Sequence record: PZ386964.1
Strand: one strand, 5' to 3'
DNA length: 64,000 bases
Source: a phage
This document shows, piece after piece, positions 17,386-27,254 of this stretch (the stretch's first letter is position 1; the number at the start of each line of letters is the position of its first letter). The notes under the pieces are model-generated. The model had not been told where the DNA came from. It saw only the letters and a list, made by a program, of their open reading frames with translations, and did no database searches. A program made the position numbers and the translations under genes.

Positions 17386-18231
17386 TTATTCCGCTTGATC
17401 ACCGTCTTCGGCATCGTCGTTGGATTCAACATCGACAAACTCGATGTGGCCCATCTCTTCCAGCTTGCTCAGGTAGGAGCGAACGGAAGCGCCAAACAGT
17501 TGATCTTTAACTTTCTCTCCCAGCTCATCGATAGACTGCGCCACGCCAACTTCGCCTTCTTTGATCGCCGCCAGAACGCGCCCACGGGTGGAGTGCTCTT
17601 GCGGCTGGCTCAGGCCATTGCCAGTGTAGATGAAGTGAGTAGCTTTTGCACGACGCTGACCGTTTGCCTTTTTAGCAGCCTTGCGCTCTGCGATGGCTTT
17701 GCGACGTTCTTCAGCTTCTTTCTTACGCTGTTCTTTCTGCTGTTCTGCAGCTTCTTTCGCCGCAATCTTAGCAGCTTCACGCTCTGCCTTGCGTTTCGCT
17801 TTAGCTTCTTCTTTGGCCTTCTCTTTTTCGGCCTTCGCTGCAGCACGGGCCTGATCACGTTCGGCCTTTTTCGCCGCAGCTTGTTCAGCTTTCAGGCGCT
17901 TGGCTTCTTCTTTCGCCTTTGCCTTTTCAATTTCTTTAGCGGCTTTAGCGGCTTCACGCTCTGCCTTCTTAGCGGCAGCCTTTTCTGCACGCTCTTTAGC
18001 TTTCTTAGCTGCTTCTTCAGCACGCTTCTGAGCCTTCTCATCAGCAGCTTGCTTGCGTTTCAGCGCAGCTTCTTCACGCTTGGCTTGTTTTTCCTGCTCA
18101 CGCTTCTGGCGTTTTTCTTCGGCTTCTTTCTTTTTAGCCAGGCGTTTTTCTTCAGCCACGCGACGACGTTCTGCTGCGGCTGCTTGTTTTTCTTCTTTAG
18201 ATAATACTTTGATTGCTTCGGCCATATTCAC
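17386..18231 (-). CDS. Lysine/alanine/glutamate-rich low-complexity protein with C-terminal globular (possibly winged-helix) domain
   Basis: ~200 aa of KEA repeats (AAKKAEREAAKAAKEIEKAKAKEEAK) followed by ...VRSYLSKLEEMGHIEFVD and an acidic tail; terminator downstream. Confidence 0.55.
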   Translation of the reverse strand: MNMAEAIKVLSKEEKQAAAAERRRVAEEKRLAKKKEAEEKRQKREQEKQAKREEAALKRKQAADEKAQKRAEEAAKKAKERAEKAAAKKAEREAAKAAKEIEKAKAKEEAKRLKAEQAAAKKAERDQARAAAKAEKEKAKEEAKAKRKAEREAAKIAAKEAAEQQKEQRKKEAEERRKAIAERKAAKKANGQRRAKATHFIYTGNGLSQPQEHSTRGRVLAAIKEGEVGVAQSIDELGEKVKDQLFGASVRSYLSKLEEMGHIEFVDVESNDDAEDGDQAE

Positions 18232-18384
18232 AGTCCTTAAATAAATTAGTTTATTTTATATTCCCCGTTTGGGATAACTTAATTATGCCTTCAGTTGCCG
18301 CCAGTAGCAACTAAAAACTATGGCGGCAATGCCACTTTAATTAAACTGATTTTCAGTTTTATTTTTCGTAAATTTACGTCAACA

Positions 18385-19569
18385 TTAACGCGCTTTCAAA
18401 TCACGGTACACGGTCAGATTCTTCTTAGCACGGGTGATAGCGGTGTACATCATCTTGGAGTACGGAACGCCGCGCAAGATTTCTTCCAGCACGCACACAT
18501 TGTCCCACTCGCTGCCTTGCGATTTGTGCACCGTGATGACATAGCCATAGTCCATGCCTCCAACAGCGCGTTGCGCTTCTTTGCGCACTTCCTGATCAGT
18601 AGAGAAGGAAAGAGGATTGATCTTCACCTTTATATCTTTACCATCAGTTAATGAACGTAAGTTGACATACATTATTTCATTCGACTCATCTTCATCCCTT
18701 TCAAAGTCCGGCACTGGCTCATAGCTAATAACAATCCCTTGCTCGCCATTACAGAATCCTGGCCCGTGTTGGTTGAAGGTGCAAATAACCTTCTCACCGA
18801 TTCCTGGCATTGGCGTTATACGTCCGCTCACTTGCCGTAATAATGAATTCCATTTATCTTTGGTGCTATTATAGGAGCAAATAATTTGATCATCTTCGCC
18901 CATGAATTTCTTCAACGCAGTAACGCGCGGCGATTCTGCCAATACTTTGACGTCATCGTATTCACGCGGAGGAAGTCGGTTGCCTTGGCGCACGAAGAAG
19001 GAGGCACGGATGATGTTGGACTCTTTCCCTTGCCGCATGATTTCTGTTAACAGAACGTCAACGGCATCTTCAGTAAAGTAGGCGGCGGCTTTTACCGGAG
19101 GGACTTGTCCAATGTCGCCTAATGCCAGCACAGGGATGCGGTGATCAAGAAGGCGCTCTGTGTCCCACTCGCCAACCATCGACGCTTCATCGAGTACAAC
19201 AAGGTGCGGCCTTTCATCCAGCTTTGACTTTCTCGAAAAGATTGGCTCATTGTCGTCATTTACGCCGCGCACGTTATAGATGAACTGGTGAAGGGTCTTA
19301 GCGCCACGACAGCCTTTTTGCTTTAATCGGCTTGCAGCCTTTCCGGTCGGCGCAATATAGATAGCGCCGTACTCACCGACACAGCGACGCACAATCTCGC
19401 GAGCAATAGAGGTTTTACCAGTCCCTGCATAGCCAGCAATGAAAAACACACGCTTCGTCGTTTTACCGTCCTGCAATCGCTTGTACCATGCAACGGCCTT
19501 CTCGATGGCATTGATTTGTTGCGCGTTAAACTGAATCACTGGCTCATCATTAAATTCTGGAATGTTCAT
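18385..19569 (-). CDS. Superfamily 1 DNA helicase, Dda/RecD-like
   Basis: Walker A GYAGTGKT, Walker B VLDEASMV, C-terminal motif ITVHKSQGSEWD. Confidence 0.8.
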   Translation of the reverse strand: MNIPEFNDEPVIQFNAQQINAIEKAVAWYKRLQDGKTTKRVFFIAGYAGTGKTSIAREIVRRCVGEYGAIYIAPTGKAASRLKQKGCRGAKTLHQFIYNVRGVNDDNEPIFSRKSKLDERPHLVVLDEASMVGEWDTERLLDHRIPVLALGDIGQVPPVKAAAYFTEDAVDVLLTEIMRQGKESNIIRASFFVRQGNRLPPREYDDVKVLAESPRVTALKKFMGEDDQIICSYNSTKDKWNSLLRQVSGRITPMPGIGEKVICTFNQHGPGFCNGEQGIVISYEPVPDFERDEDESNEIMYVNLRSLTDGKDIKVKINPLSFSTDQEVRKEAQRAVGGMDYGYVITVHKSQGSEWDNVCVLEEILRGVPYSKMMYTAITRAKKNLTVYRDLKAR

Positions 19570-19895
19570 TATAACTCCACTACGCTGTCAAGGTCCAGAT
19601 ATACTGGAATAAAATGGCAATCTTCTTTTCGTTCAAACATCTCACCATCAACATGGCTGAAGAAAACAGTTGTGTTTGGTATCTTCCATCCTTTCTCGTC
19701 GCGCACTAAGTACGCCATGGATTCAACAGGGATGTACAGCGATACCGGATTTGCGGCAAAAATAAATTTGATTCTGTCTGGTTGACCCAGGAATCGCATG
19801 ATTGTTAGGCTTGAATTCAATCTTGTATTAAGGAAGGACTCAACGATTCCGACGTGTGTTGCACGTTCGCGTTGCTTCGTCTCTTTTTCGTTCAT
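19569..19895 (-). CDS. Hypothetical protein
   Basis: 108-aa ORF, first gene of the minus-strand block; coupled to the helicase gene. Confidence 0.5.
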   Translation of the reverse strand: MNEKETKQRERATHVGIVESFLNTRLNSSLTIMRFLGQPDRIKFIFAANPVSLYIPVESMAYLVRDEKGWKIPNTTVFFSHVDGEMFERKEDCHFIPVYLDLDSVVEL

Positions 19896-19998
19896 TTCAG
19901 GCGACCTTTGTTAGTGCGGAAATATTTTCTGATAGTATAATTGCAGATATAGTATAAAGCAAAGTAAATCGAAATTGTGAACTAAATGGTAAATATTG

Positions 19999-20026
19999 TT
20001 GACTTTGTATCACTCAATATTATACT
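19999..20026 (+). promoter_or_regulatory. Sigma70-like promoter for the plus-strand primase / early-gene block
   Basis: -35 TTGACT (19999-20004), 16-bp spacer, -10 TATACT (20021-20026), in the divergent intergenic region. Confidence 0.55.
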
Positions 20027-20055
20027 GCAGGTATTGATCACCGAAGGAAAGAAAG

Positions 20056-21138
20056 ATGGCTAGTTTAAGAGAAGAAGCAAAAATAATCGAAGAGTTTTTA
20101 ACAGAACTCCAAAGAGGCATTCCAGAAGATGAGCGCGTCATGACGGTGTTTGCGCCTGAAGCAACGGTACAGACTGACGAGCGCGGCAAGAAGATTAACA
20201 GCAGCTTCTGGCCTAAGCCTTGGAAGTTGGGAAAGCCGCTGATGCAACATCAGAACGGTTACGCCTGCATAAGTTCAATGCGTAAGTCTCCCAACCCAAA
20301 GACGGGTGAGATGCGATACTGGCGTACAGAGTCGGCCTTTGGTCACGGCATGGCGATGATGGTCGACGACATCGGTCACGGTAAAGGGTCCAAAGGCGAT
20401 TTAGATTTGGAATTCTTTTTTGAGCGACTGAAGCCGACTGTCATCGTCGAGACTTCACCGAACAACCACCAGCTTTGGTACTTCTTTAAAGAACCGATTG
20501 ACCATCTTATTCAGTTCAAAGCGTTCCTTGGGTCTTTCGTTAACATGGTACTCAAGAAGGGCGGCGACAACACGATTAAAGACGTAACGCGCGTGGGCCG
20601 TGTTCCTGGGTGCATCAACAACAAGCGTGTGACTCACGACGGCCCCTATAAATATGTCGATGAGAACGGCGACCCGTTCCGCTGCCGACTTGTCCATGCA
20701 GACTACTCATTGCGCTACACCATCGAAGACATTTGTCAGGCATTTGGCTTTCACGTCGTCATGCCGCAAAAGCGTGAGATTCAAATTGACGTCGATGAAT
20801 ACAAGTATGATGCTGTTTGGTATAAAATAGCCCAGCAGATTCTATCGCGCAGCAAAATGGGTGAAGGGTCTGATGGTGACGTCATCGAGAACATGTCAGG
20901 CAAGTGCCGCATAATCTGTCCTTGGGGTGAAGAACACACCAACGGCGACCCGTATGGCGCTTACTTTCGCGGCCCTATTCCTGGTGCAGAACATGAGTTT
21001 GTGTTCGGTTGCGCCCACGACTGTCACCGGAAAGGGGAAGGCAAGAAAGGTTGGACTGCTTTTGTTGAAGCAATCGTCATGCCTTATATTGAGAATCAAC
21101 TTGACATGATAAATCGTCGTGCAGGTGGCATAAAATAG
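20056..21138 (+). CDS. Putative DNA primase / primase-polymerase-like replication initiation protein
   Basis: Motifs MVDDIGHGKG and VIVETSPNNHQLWYFF resemble primase-polymerase catalytic motifs; C-terminal Cys/His cluster; upstream of a P-loop helicase. Confidence 0.4.
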   Translation: MASLREEAKIIEEFLTELQRGIPEDERVMTVFAPEATVQTDERGKKINSSFWPKPWKLGKPLMQHQNGYACISSMRKSPNPKTGEMRYWRTESAFGHGMAMMVDDIGHGKGSKGDLDLEFFFERLKPTVIVETSPNNHQLWYFFKEPIDHLIQFKAFLGSFVNMVLKKGGDNTIKDVTRVGRVPGCINNKRVTHDGPYKYVDENGDPFRCRLVHADYSLRYTIEDICQAFGFHVVMPQKREIQIDVDEYKYDAVWYKIAQQILSRSKMGEGSDGDVIENMSGKCRIICPWGEEHTNGDPYGAYFRGPIPGAEHEFVFGCAHDCHRKGEGKKGWTAFVEAIVMPYIENQLDMINRRAGGIK

Positions 21139-21139
21139 T

Positions 21140-21168
21140 TTGCTTTTATTTTCATAGCAACTATAATC
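21140..21168 (+). promoter_or_regulatory. Sigma70-like promoter
   Basis: -35 TTGCTT (21140-21145), 17-bp spacer, -10 TATAAT (21163-21168). Confidence 0.45.
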
Positions 21169-21196
21169 ATTTTATGAACTGAAGCAGAGGTGATTC

Positions 21197-21343
21197 ATGC
21201 AAAGCGAAGAATTGAACATCGAGGTTGAATGTCTGTTAAAGTCGTTAGAACCTAAACCAGCAGAGCTTCCGACCCTTCAAGGAGTCATGGCTCACCATCA
21301 AGCGGCTGCGGCCCAACACTACTCTGAATTTGTTAAGGAATAA
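21197..21343 (+). CDS. Small hypothetical protein (48 aa), absent from the ORF track
   Basis: ATG preceded by GAGGTG; promoter-like TTGCTT, 17 bp, TATAAT upstream. Confidence 0.35.
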   Translation: MQSEELNIEVECLLKSLEPKPAELPTLQGVMAHHQAAAAQHYSEFVKE

Positions 21344-21345
21344 AA

Positions 21346-21636
21346 ATGAACGAACCAAAAATGATGACCGTTGAAGAAGCACAAAATCTTCGTGTTGAAA
21401 ACGAGCTTAAGCTTGTCAACCAGATTCTTCCTTTGTTTGCGGGCTACGCAGTGGAGGAAGTTGTTGGGGCAATCCTTAACGTATCCACGCATGTCGCTAT
21501 GAATCTTCAGGCCGAACGATTCAATACGCTGCTGACTATTAAAAACCTTACGGTCAGTGCAACGTTCACCGTTGAGCCAGTCAATTTTGACGAAGCTTCA
21601 GCCGCGATTCAACAGCAAAGAGATCAAGAGGTGTAG
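21346..21636 (+). CDS. Hypothetical protein
   Basis: 96-aa ORF in co-oriented array. Confidence 0.5.
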   Translation: MNEPKMMTVEEAQNLRVENELKLVNQILPLFAGYAVEEVVGAILNVSTHVAMNLQAERFNTLLTIKNLTVSATFTVEPVNFDEASAAIQQQRDQEV

Positions 21637-21637
21637 C

Positions 21638-21901
21638 ATGGGTGCTTTCCGTAACGAGTTCACCTGGAACGTTACCAGCAATCTCTCGACTTGTCCTAAC
21701 TGTGCGAGCGATGTTATCAAGGTGCGGCAGCATCGCAACGCGGAGGAAGGTGCCTGGGAAGATGGCGACCTTGTAGAGTGCCAGTGCTGCTCTCATGAAG
21801 GCGTTGTGGAGCTTTACGCTGGCGAAGGTTGCCCACCAGCAGAGCGCACAGCACGCGTTGAATGGGATGCAACAGACTCCATTGGTGATCCTCAACAGTA
21901 A
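21638..21901 (+). CDS. Small zinc-ribbon-like protein
   Basis: Internal ATG with GAGGTG site; CPNC ... CQCC cysteine pairs. Confidence 0.45.
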   Translation: MGAFRNEFTWNVTSNLSTCPNCASDVIKVRQHRNAEEGAWEDGDLVECQCCSHEGVVELYAGEGCPPAERTARVEWDATDSIGDPQQ

Positions 21902-21919
21902 ATTTAGGTATAGATACTT

Positions 21920-22024
21920 ATGAAAGCCGTAAAGAAATACACATTAATCATTTCCCTTGTCATCATCCTGGGGCTATTATACATATTGGATATGACATAT
22001 TATTTGGCAGGGGTGAGTGGATGA
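21920..22024 (+). CDS. Small hydrophobic peptide (34 aa), absent from the ORF track
   Basis: Single predicted transmembrane helix (LIISLVIILGLLYIL); stop overlaps the next start (ATGA). Confidence 0.3.
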   Translation: MKAVKKYTLIISLVIILGLLYILDMTYYLAGVSG

Positions 22025-22311
22025 ATATTGTAATTCTTTATGGTGAAAATATCAGCGATGACGACATCGAAGTTGCCGTTGATGTTTACGGTATCGATGA
22101 GGTGAAACGTGTTGAAGAAATTAGTGGCGCAAATCTCAATGAGATTGTCAAAGAAGCTGGCTGTCCTTCGGAAGAGATTCTGGTGGTTACTAACGATGAC
22201 CTGTCTTCTATGGATCATTTGCGCCGCATCTTCACCGATTGCCAATACCTTCATGCTGTTCAATCAGTAAACAAATTGAGAAAGGCATACGCCAACCAAT
22301 TTCCTTGTTGA
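22021..22311 (+). CDS. Hypothetical protein
   Basis: 96-aa acidic ORF; followed by a terminator hairpin. Confidence 0.5.
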   Translation: MNIVILYGENISDDDIEVAVDVYGIDEVKRVEEISGANLNEIVKEAGCPSEEILVVTNDDLSSMDHLRRIFTDCQYLHAVQSVNKLRKAYANQFPC

Positions 22312-22352
22312 TAGTTCACCAGTTATATTGCTTTAAATTGAGTTTTACTATA

Positions 22353-22376
22353 TTAATATACAACGCCAGAAATCTG
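22353..22376 (+). terminator. Rho-independent terminator upstream of the helicase gene
   Basis: Hairpin ACGCCAGA-AA-TCTGGCGT followed by TTATTT. Confidence 0.6.
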
Positions 22377-22447
22377 GCGTTTATTTACCGCACCCTGAAA
22401 GGATATATCCATGCAACAATATAACAAAGCCGTATCAGGAGGATTAA

Positions 22448-24118
22448 ATGTCAATTGAACATGACAATCTTCCAGAGGATACAGGTGATGAATTTGGTGC
22501 AATCTTTGACGAAATTCAAGACGCTGGTGTTTCAGAAGAGATGCAAGCGGCAGAGCAGCAAGGCACCAGAGCTAAAATCAGCCTCCAGCATAAGGCTGTT
22601 GAGAAAGATGCAGAGCGCATGGAATGCTACGGTGAAGAAGACTTGGTTGAAAGAGCACGCTTGCTCGCCTCACTTCAGGTAATCAAGTTCCCTCACTACA
22701 AGCCTACCAAAGATGACTTCGTTCTACAGGCAGACCGGACGAGTGACATGAACCGTTATGCGGTTTTCGACGCGTTGTTTGATAAGGGAAGTGGCATTGT
22801 TCCATTCCCTCACAAAGATACTTTTCGTGGGCGCTTAGTCGACCATCGCGGCGAAACATTCACTGACCGTACCTTGGAAGTCACAGAGATAGTTGCCGCT
22901 GTCGACGCAGCAGGACTGTCTAACCCAAACTCACGTCAGGTCGCTCAATCCTATAAGGAATGGGCCATGCGTTATCAGCGCGACGACCTGATGGACTTCT
23001 TCTACAAGAAGCTTCCTGAATGGGACGGTACTGCGCGCATTGAAAAATACCTTATCGAGCTATTCCGACCGTTCGATACAGAGTTAAACCGACAAATCGG
23101 TGTGTATTTTTGGCTATCGCTCTACAACCGCCTGACAAACCCTGGATGTCAAGCGCCAATCTCCATCGCGCTCATCGGCGGCCAGAACGCAGGGAAGAGT
23201 TATTTTAGTAAGCTACTTTGCGAAGCTATTATGAACGACCGCCACGCAACACCGATTCCGTTGAACTTGGCCGCGCAGAACTTCAACCCGTTCTTGCGAG
23301 CTATTACGGGTCGCTCAATTATCGCGAACGTTGGCGAGATGACAGGCTTTAAAAAGGCTGACATCGAAAACATGAAAGCATTCCTGACTAAGACGGAAGA
23401 TGACCTGGACTTCAAATTTGAAGATACGCAGGTTAAACCACGCCAGTGGATTGCTATCATGGACGGCAACGAATACGCAGGTATGCAGCGTGATGACACG
23501 GGCAACCGTCGTGTGTATCCTATCTTTGTTGGCCAACTCGCCGACAAGGACGGGCAACCGAACTGGTCGAAAGATTTCCAAGCCGACCTTTCCACTTTGA
23601 AAGAAGACGTTTGGCAGTTGATGGCTGAGTGCGCTGCATGGATGGAGAAGCACGGCGAAGCAGGTTACAACGCATTTGTCGGTGAAACATCTCGCATGCT
23701 TACTGAGTTCAGCAAGAACGAAATGGAACGTGCACGCGGCGTTATCCGTGATGAGATGGTCGACAACGACCTTGTTGAAGTAGTCATCACCGCGCCTTAT
23801 GACCGACATCACAGCGGACGCTGGCACATCACCAGTGGTGCAATCGCTATGGGATTCAGAGCTAAGTGCGGCAAGTCGCCTTTCTCACGTACCCTTGCGC
23901 CGCACATGTCGAAGCTTGGATTTGAGCCTGCAACCTATCGCAACCAGCGTGGTTACTTTACGCCGCTGATTAAGAATGAAGCAGGGGAATACATTTCTGA
24001 CTTGATGACCATCTTAGCGTATCTTATTCGCGATGAGTCTGACCCTGAAGATATTGACTTCTTGAAGAAGGTTATTGAACGCAAACGTTCTTTAGGAAGA
24101 GATAAGGATGAATTCTGA
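22448..24118 (+). CDS. P-loop NTPase / helicase of the phage-plasmid primase-associated (VirE/D5-like) type
   Basis: Walker A IALIGGQNAGKS and a Walker B-like IAIMDGNE; 556 aa; CAGGAGG ribosome-binding site. Confidence 0.6.
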   Translation: MSIEHDNLPEDTGDEFGAIFDEIQDAGVSEEMQAAEQQGTRAKISLQHKAVEKDAERMECYGEEDLVERARLLASLQVIKFPHYKPTKDDFVLQADRTSDMNRYAVFDALFDKGSGIVPFPHKDTFRGRLVDHRGETFTDRTLEVTEIVAAVDAAGLSNPNSRQVAQSYKEWAMRYQRDDLMDFFYKKLPEWDGTARIEKYLIELFRPFDTELNRQIGVYFWLSLYNRLTNPGCQAPISIALIGGQNAGKSYFSKLLCEAIMNDRHATPIPLNLAAQNFNPFLRAITGRSIIANVGEMTGFKKADIENMKAFLTKTEDDLDFKFEDTQVKPRQWIAIMDGNEYAGMQRDDTGNRRVYPIFVGQLADKDGQPNWSKDFQADLSTLKEDVWQLMAECAAWMEKHGEAGYNAFVGETSRMLTEFSKNEMERARGVIRDEMVDNDLVEVVITAPYDRHHSGRWHITSGAIAMGFRAKCGKSPFSRTLAPHMSKLGFEPATYRNQRGYFTPLIKNEAGEYISDLMTILAYLIRDESDPEDIDFLKKVIERKRSLGRDKDEF

Positions 24119-24765
24119 TGAATAAAGCAATCAACATCGCTAAATTCTTTCAACATCTTGGTGAACTGAACAAAGAAAGTGACGTTCACGGCGAAGAAAT
24201 GAACCGAATGATCTCAACCGTGTTGCGCGGCTTTGGTTATGATAAGGACTCGATCACTTGCAAGCGTACAAAGCTTGTCGATGAGTCTTATCTTTACTAT
24301 GTAGAGCTTCGCATCGGGAAAGATGTGATGATCATTGACCCTAAACTGGAAGGGGCGCACTGTTTTGGCGCTCACCCTCGTGCGAGTGAATTCAAGGGTC
24401 GCGGTCGCAACCGAATCCAAAAGCTTGATGATGCAGGCGACTTGAACATTGCTATGTTCCTCAAAGAGTTCCTTGCTCTTCCAAAGGTTGCATCATCCAC
24501 GGGTCGCGATGACCCTTGCAAGATTGGCTTCAGAACTAAAGATTTGCGCAATGCGCTACGCAAGAAGGGATTTGTGCCTTCTTATGACAACGTCGCCGCG
24601 CTGATGGCTTCAATGGAGGAAGCTGAAGCGATGGACAAGGTGCGCGGCTATTTCCTGAATACAGGCTTCACCATGTATGAATGGCACACGAAGGGATTGA
24701 CTGTCGCCGACTTCATCTATTCATTAGAGCAGAAGTATGTACGCAATATGCAGGCCACAGGATAA
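24118..24765 (+). CDS. Hypothetical protein
   Basis: 215-aa ORF coupled (ATGA) to the helicase gene. Confidence 0.55.
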   Translation: MNKAINIAKFFQHLGELNKESDVHGEEMNRMISTVLRGFGYDKDSITCKRTKLVDESYLYYVELRIGKDVMIIDPKLEGAHCFGAHPRASEFKGRGRNRIQKLDDAGDLNIAMFLKEFLALPKVASSTGRDDPCKIGFRTKDLRNALRKKGFVPSYDNVAALMASMEEAEAMDKVRGYFLNTGFTMYEWHTKGLTVADFIYSLEQKYVRNMQATG

Positions 24766-24804
24766 TCATCATCAAAATATTTGCTTTTCTGACGAGGTGA
24801 TATT

Positions 24805-25029
24805 ATGATTAATTTAGACAGGATTGAGTTAGCACTTAGTACCTTAATCAAATATTACCAGTTTGCTTTTAAGGCTAGTTTGTTTGGCTTGTTCAATCCT
24901 CATCAAGCAGCAAAGGCGCGAAGCAATGCCAACCGCCTGCGCTGCACTGGTATAGTTATCCACGACCGGATATTGACAGAGGGTAGATTCAGCCATGAAT
25001 ACACAAGGGAGAATAACAAAGCAACGTAG
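24805..25029 (+). CDS. Hypothetical small early protein
   Basis: ORF with GAGGTG ribosome-binding site; first of the small-gene array. Confidence 0.45.
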   Translation: MINLDRIELALSTLIKYYQFAFKASLFGLFNPHQAAKARSNANRLRCTGIVIHDRILTEGRFSHEYTRENNKAT

Positions 25030-25204
25030 GGCTTTACAAGTCCTCATCCACTACCTGTCACGCCTTTATCCAACGGCGCACGAGCAGAATCCAGCAACTG
25101 GTCATCTGTTTAAGCGCCGTAACCTTTCGTTAAAAACATTCGCTTTAATCCAATATGACCGCTACCTGGACGGGCGCTACTGCGGCCCGAAGGATTCTCT
25201 ATGA
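24995..25204 (+). CDS. Hypothetical small protein (overlaps the previous ORF in another frame)
   Basis: 69-aa ORF, weak ribosome-binding site; uncertain. Confidence 0.3.
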   Translation: MNTQGRITKQRRALQVLIHYLSRLYPTAHEQNPATGHLFKRRNLSLKTFALIQYDRYLDGRYCGPKDSL

Positions 25205-25479
25205 TTACTACATACAAAGTATTCTTTGTCAAGTGCACATCATCTATTGATGACCAATTTACTGCTGGCAAGAATTATCCCGTGATTTCTGAGTCAAAGC
25301 TAGATATAATCTTGAACGATCACGAAATCTATGAGCCGATGCCAGCGACTGCGTTTGATGTTATCGGTCACGTTCGGATTAAGACGAATGTTGAAACGAT
25401 GCACGACCCGTTGTTCAAGAAGCAAATCAAGAATGCCATGCAAGACTTTTGCGCGGCCATGTTTAAATATTATAAGTGA
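25201..25479 (+). CDS. Hypothetical small early protein
   Basis: 92-aa ORF, ATGA-coupled. Confidence 0.5.
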   Translation: MITTYKVFFVKCTSSIDDQFTAGKNYPVISESKLDIILNDHEIYEPMPATAFDVIGHVRIKTNVETMHDPLFKKQIKNAMQDFCAAMFKYYK

Positions 25480-25486
25480 GTTGAAG

Positions 25487-25708
25487 ATGAGCAAGAAAAC
25501 CCTTAAGGCTGGCGACCGTATCCGTTGGGTGTCAGGACAGCACATGCGTGCGGGCACCATCCTTGAGTTGGACCAATACCTTACTGATTCACGCGGTCGC
25601 AATCACTACCGCGTTCGAATCGATACGGTAAAAGAAGATGACAAGTCACTTGTTGGTGAAGTGGTCATCGTTACTCCACGTCAAATCAAGGCGGCTTGTG
25701 AAGCATGA
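25487..25708 (+). CDS. Hypothetical small early protein
   Basis: Internal ATG (MSKKTLKAGDRIRW...) preceded by GAAG; the track's longer N-terminus overlaps the previous gene. Confidence 0.5.
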   Translation: MSKKTLKAGDRIRWVSGQHMRAGTILELDQYLTDSRGRNHYRVRIDTVKEDDKSLVGEVVIVTPRQIKAACEA

Positions 25709-25860
25709 ATAAATATCAGTTTAGCGATAATAAAATCAGTAAGGCAGATGCAATCAAGCAGCTTCGCCGCGTACTTGAAGCCAGCGGTCATACGAAAGAG
25801 CGCGCACGCGTCCTAGCCAAAGAACATTATAAACGTTTTGTGTCACAAATCAGAGGTTAA
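25705..25860 (+). CDS. Small hypothetical protein (51 aa), absent from the ORF track
   Basis: ATGA-coupled ORF filling the gap between neighbours. Confidence 0.4.
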   Translation: MNKYQFSDNKISKADAIKQLRRVLEASGHTKERARVLAKEHYKRFVSQIRG

Positions 25861-25862
25861 TT

Positions 25863-26345
25863 ATGATCATCCATCGCCCTTTAATGTTAAGTAAATCAGA
25901 AGCCGCAATTATTTTAGCGGCAGCCAGTCAATGTGACGTTCCAATTTCATTAAGGATGAAAATAAATAAATTCATCGACAGAGAGTTTGCGGATGTTGAG
26001 TCATTCGATATTTTGCCGCCAACCAAAAGGCATGTTGAAAGAACTGTGTATCACCAATCACGTTGCGTAAAAGTTCCTATTAAAACTTATGTAGATCAAA
26101 AGCCGCGCCTTAAGCCTGTTCCGGCTGATAAAATAGAAGTCGGTGATGTTATCGTCTGCGTATATTACGGCAGTCAGATTTTCAATGCTGTTGTAGTAAG
26201 ACGATACAGCATAAACGGCTGCCAATACATGGAAGTGACAAACGCAAAGAAAGAACCTGGCAGCTTGAACGTGGCTTACGCATTAAGGGAATTCAGCAGC
26301 CCTTCTTGCACTCTTTATAAGGTACTCGACCATGGCTCATGTTAA
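25863..26345 (+). CDS. Hypothetical protein
   Basis: 160-aa ORF in co-oriented array. Confidence 0.5.
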   Translation: MIIHRPLMLSKSEAAIILAAASQCDVPISLRMKINKFIDREFADVESFDILPPTKRHVERTVYHQSRCVKVPIKTYVDQKPRLKPVPADKIEVGDVIVCVYYGSQIFNAVVVRRYSINGCQYMEVTNAKKEPGSLNVAYALREFSSPSCTLYKVLDHGSC

Positions 26346-26679
26346 AGACGAAGTGCTGTTTGGCGCAGAGATTAAGAAGCGTGTCAGAGAAATGGCAGGA
26401 GAAGAAAGAATGAAACCACTGCGAAAAGGTTTTGATCACATCAATGGTGTATCCGGCACTAAGGAGATGGGCGTGTTGGTGAAAGACATCCGCGTTGGCG
26501 ATGTCATGGTCATCGACCGACAAGCGCGAGTCGTTATCCAGGTGCAACCGAACGATGATGAAGGGTGTGTCCTATTGAAGCTGAAGAAGCTTTCATCCAG
26601 CCCAGCAAAAGCCGTCATCAAGAAGGTCTGGCCCAAAGGATTACGCAAACTCATTCGTCGACCCGTGGAGAATGTGTGA
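26332..26679 (+). CDS. Hypothetical protein
   Basis: 115-aa basic ORF. Confidence 0.5.
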   Translation: MAHVKDEVLFGAEIKKRVREMAGEERMKPLRKGFDHINGVSGTKEMGVLVKDIRVGDVMVIDRQARVVIQVQPNDDEGCVLLKLKKLSSSPAKAVIKKVWPKGLRKLIRRPVENV

Positions 26680-26915
26680 TGGAAGATTATATCAATTCTA
26701 TGTACATGGCATTCTATGTCGTACAACTTCCCAATGGCGCGGTATTTTATGGCGAGTATACCTTTGACGTTCAATATGACGTATCAGAGCGTACAGTGTT
26801 AACAAGGGAGTTGATTACGGACCTTAAGGACGACATCAAGCGCGTCGCGCGGCAGCAGTTCAATTTAGATGACACCGTAATCGTTCGTATCACCGGAATA
26901 ACAGAGGTGCAGTAA
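26679..26915 (+). CDS. Hypothetical protein
   Basis: TGATG-coupled start; 78 aa. Confidence 0.5.
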   Translation: MEDYINSMYMAFYVVQLPNGAVFYGEYTFDVQYDVSERTVLTRELITDLKDDIKRVARQQFNLDDTVIVRITGITEVQ

Positions 26916-27244
26916 TGACCCGTGATCAGATACTCGCCGCGCATGAGCGTGGATTGATAAAAGAAGTATGGAAGAAGGCCAATGCCTTTGCTGATTCTTA
27001 TTACTTCTTAAAGAAGTGCATCAAGCAAAACGCAAAGATGGATAACACTGTATTGACATTCAACCTTTTGTCTAACGGAGCGAAGCTTGATGCAATATGC
27101 GGTTGCAGAATTGCCAGTGTGATGTTTGAACGAGGTGCTCACAAAGACTCTTTCTTCTATCAATTCTCTCACCGGACGGGTGATACAAAGATAACAAGGA
27201 CAAGGCACGAGATAGAGATTGACCTACTCCACTATGTAAAATGA
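26915..27244 (+). CDS. Hypothetical protein
   Basis: 109-aa ORF, TAATG-coupled; followed by a terminator-promoter cassette. Confidence 0.5.
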   Translation: MTRDQILAAHERGLIKEVWKKANAFADSYYFLKKCIKQNAKMDNTVLTFNLLSNGAKLDAICGCRIASVMFERGAHKDSFFYQFSHRTGDTKITRTRHEIEIDLLHYVK

Positions 27245-27254
27245 ATATCAAAAA

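Noticed and set aside
17395-18204. 269-aa plus-strand ORF full of Phe/Leu/Ser repeats
   Set aside because: It is the antisense reading of the low-complexity KEA-rich gene on the minus strand; composition is not protein-like.
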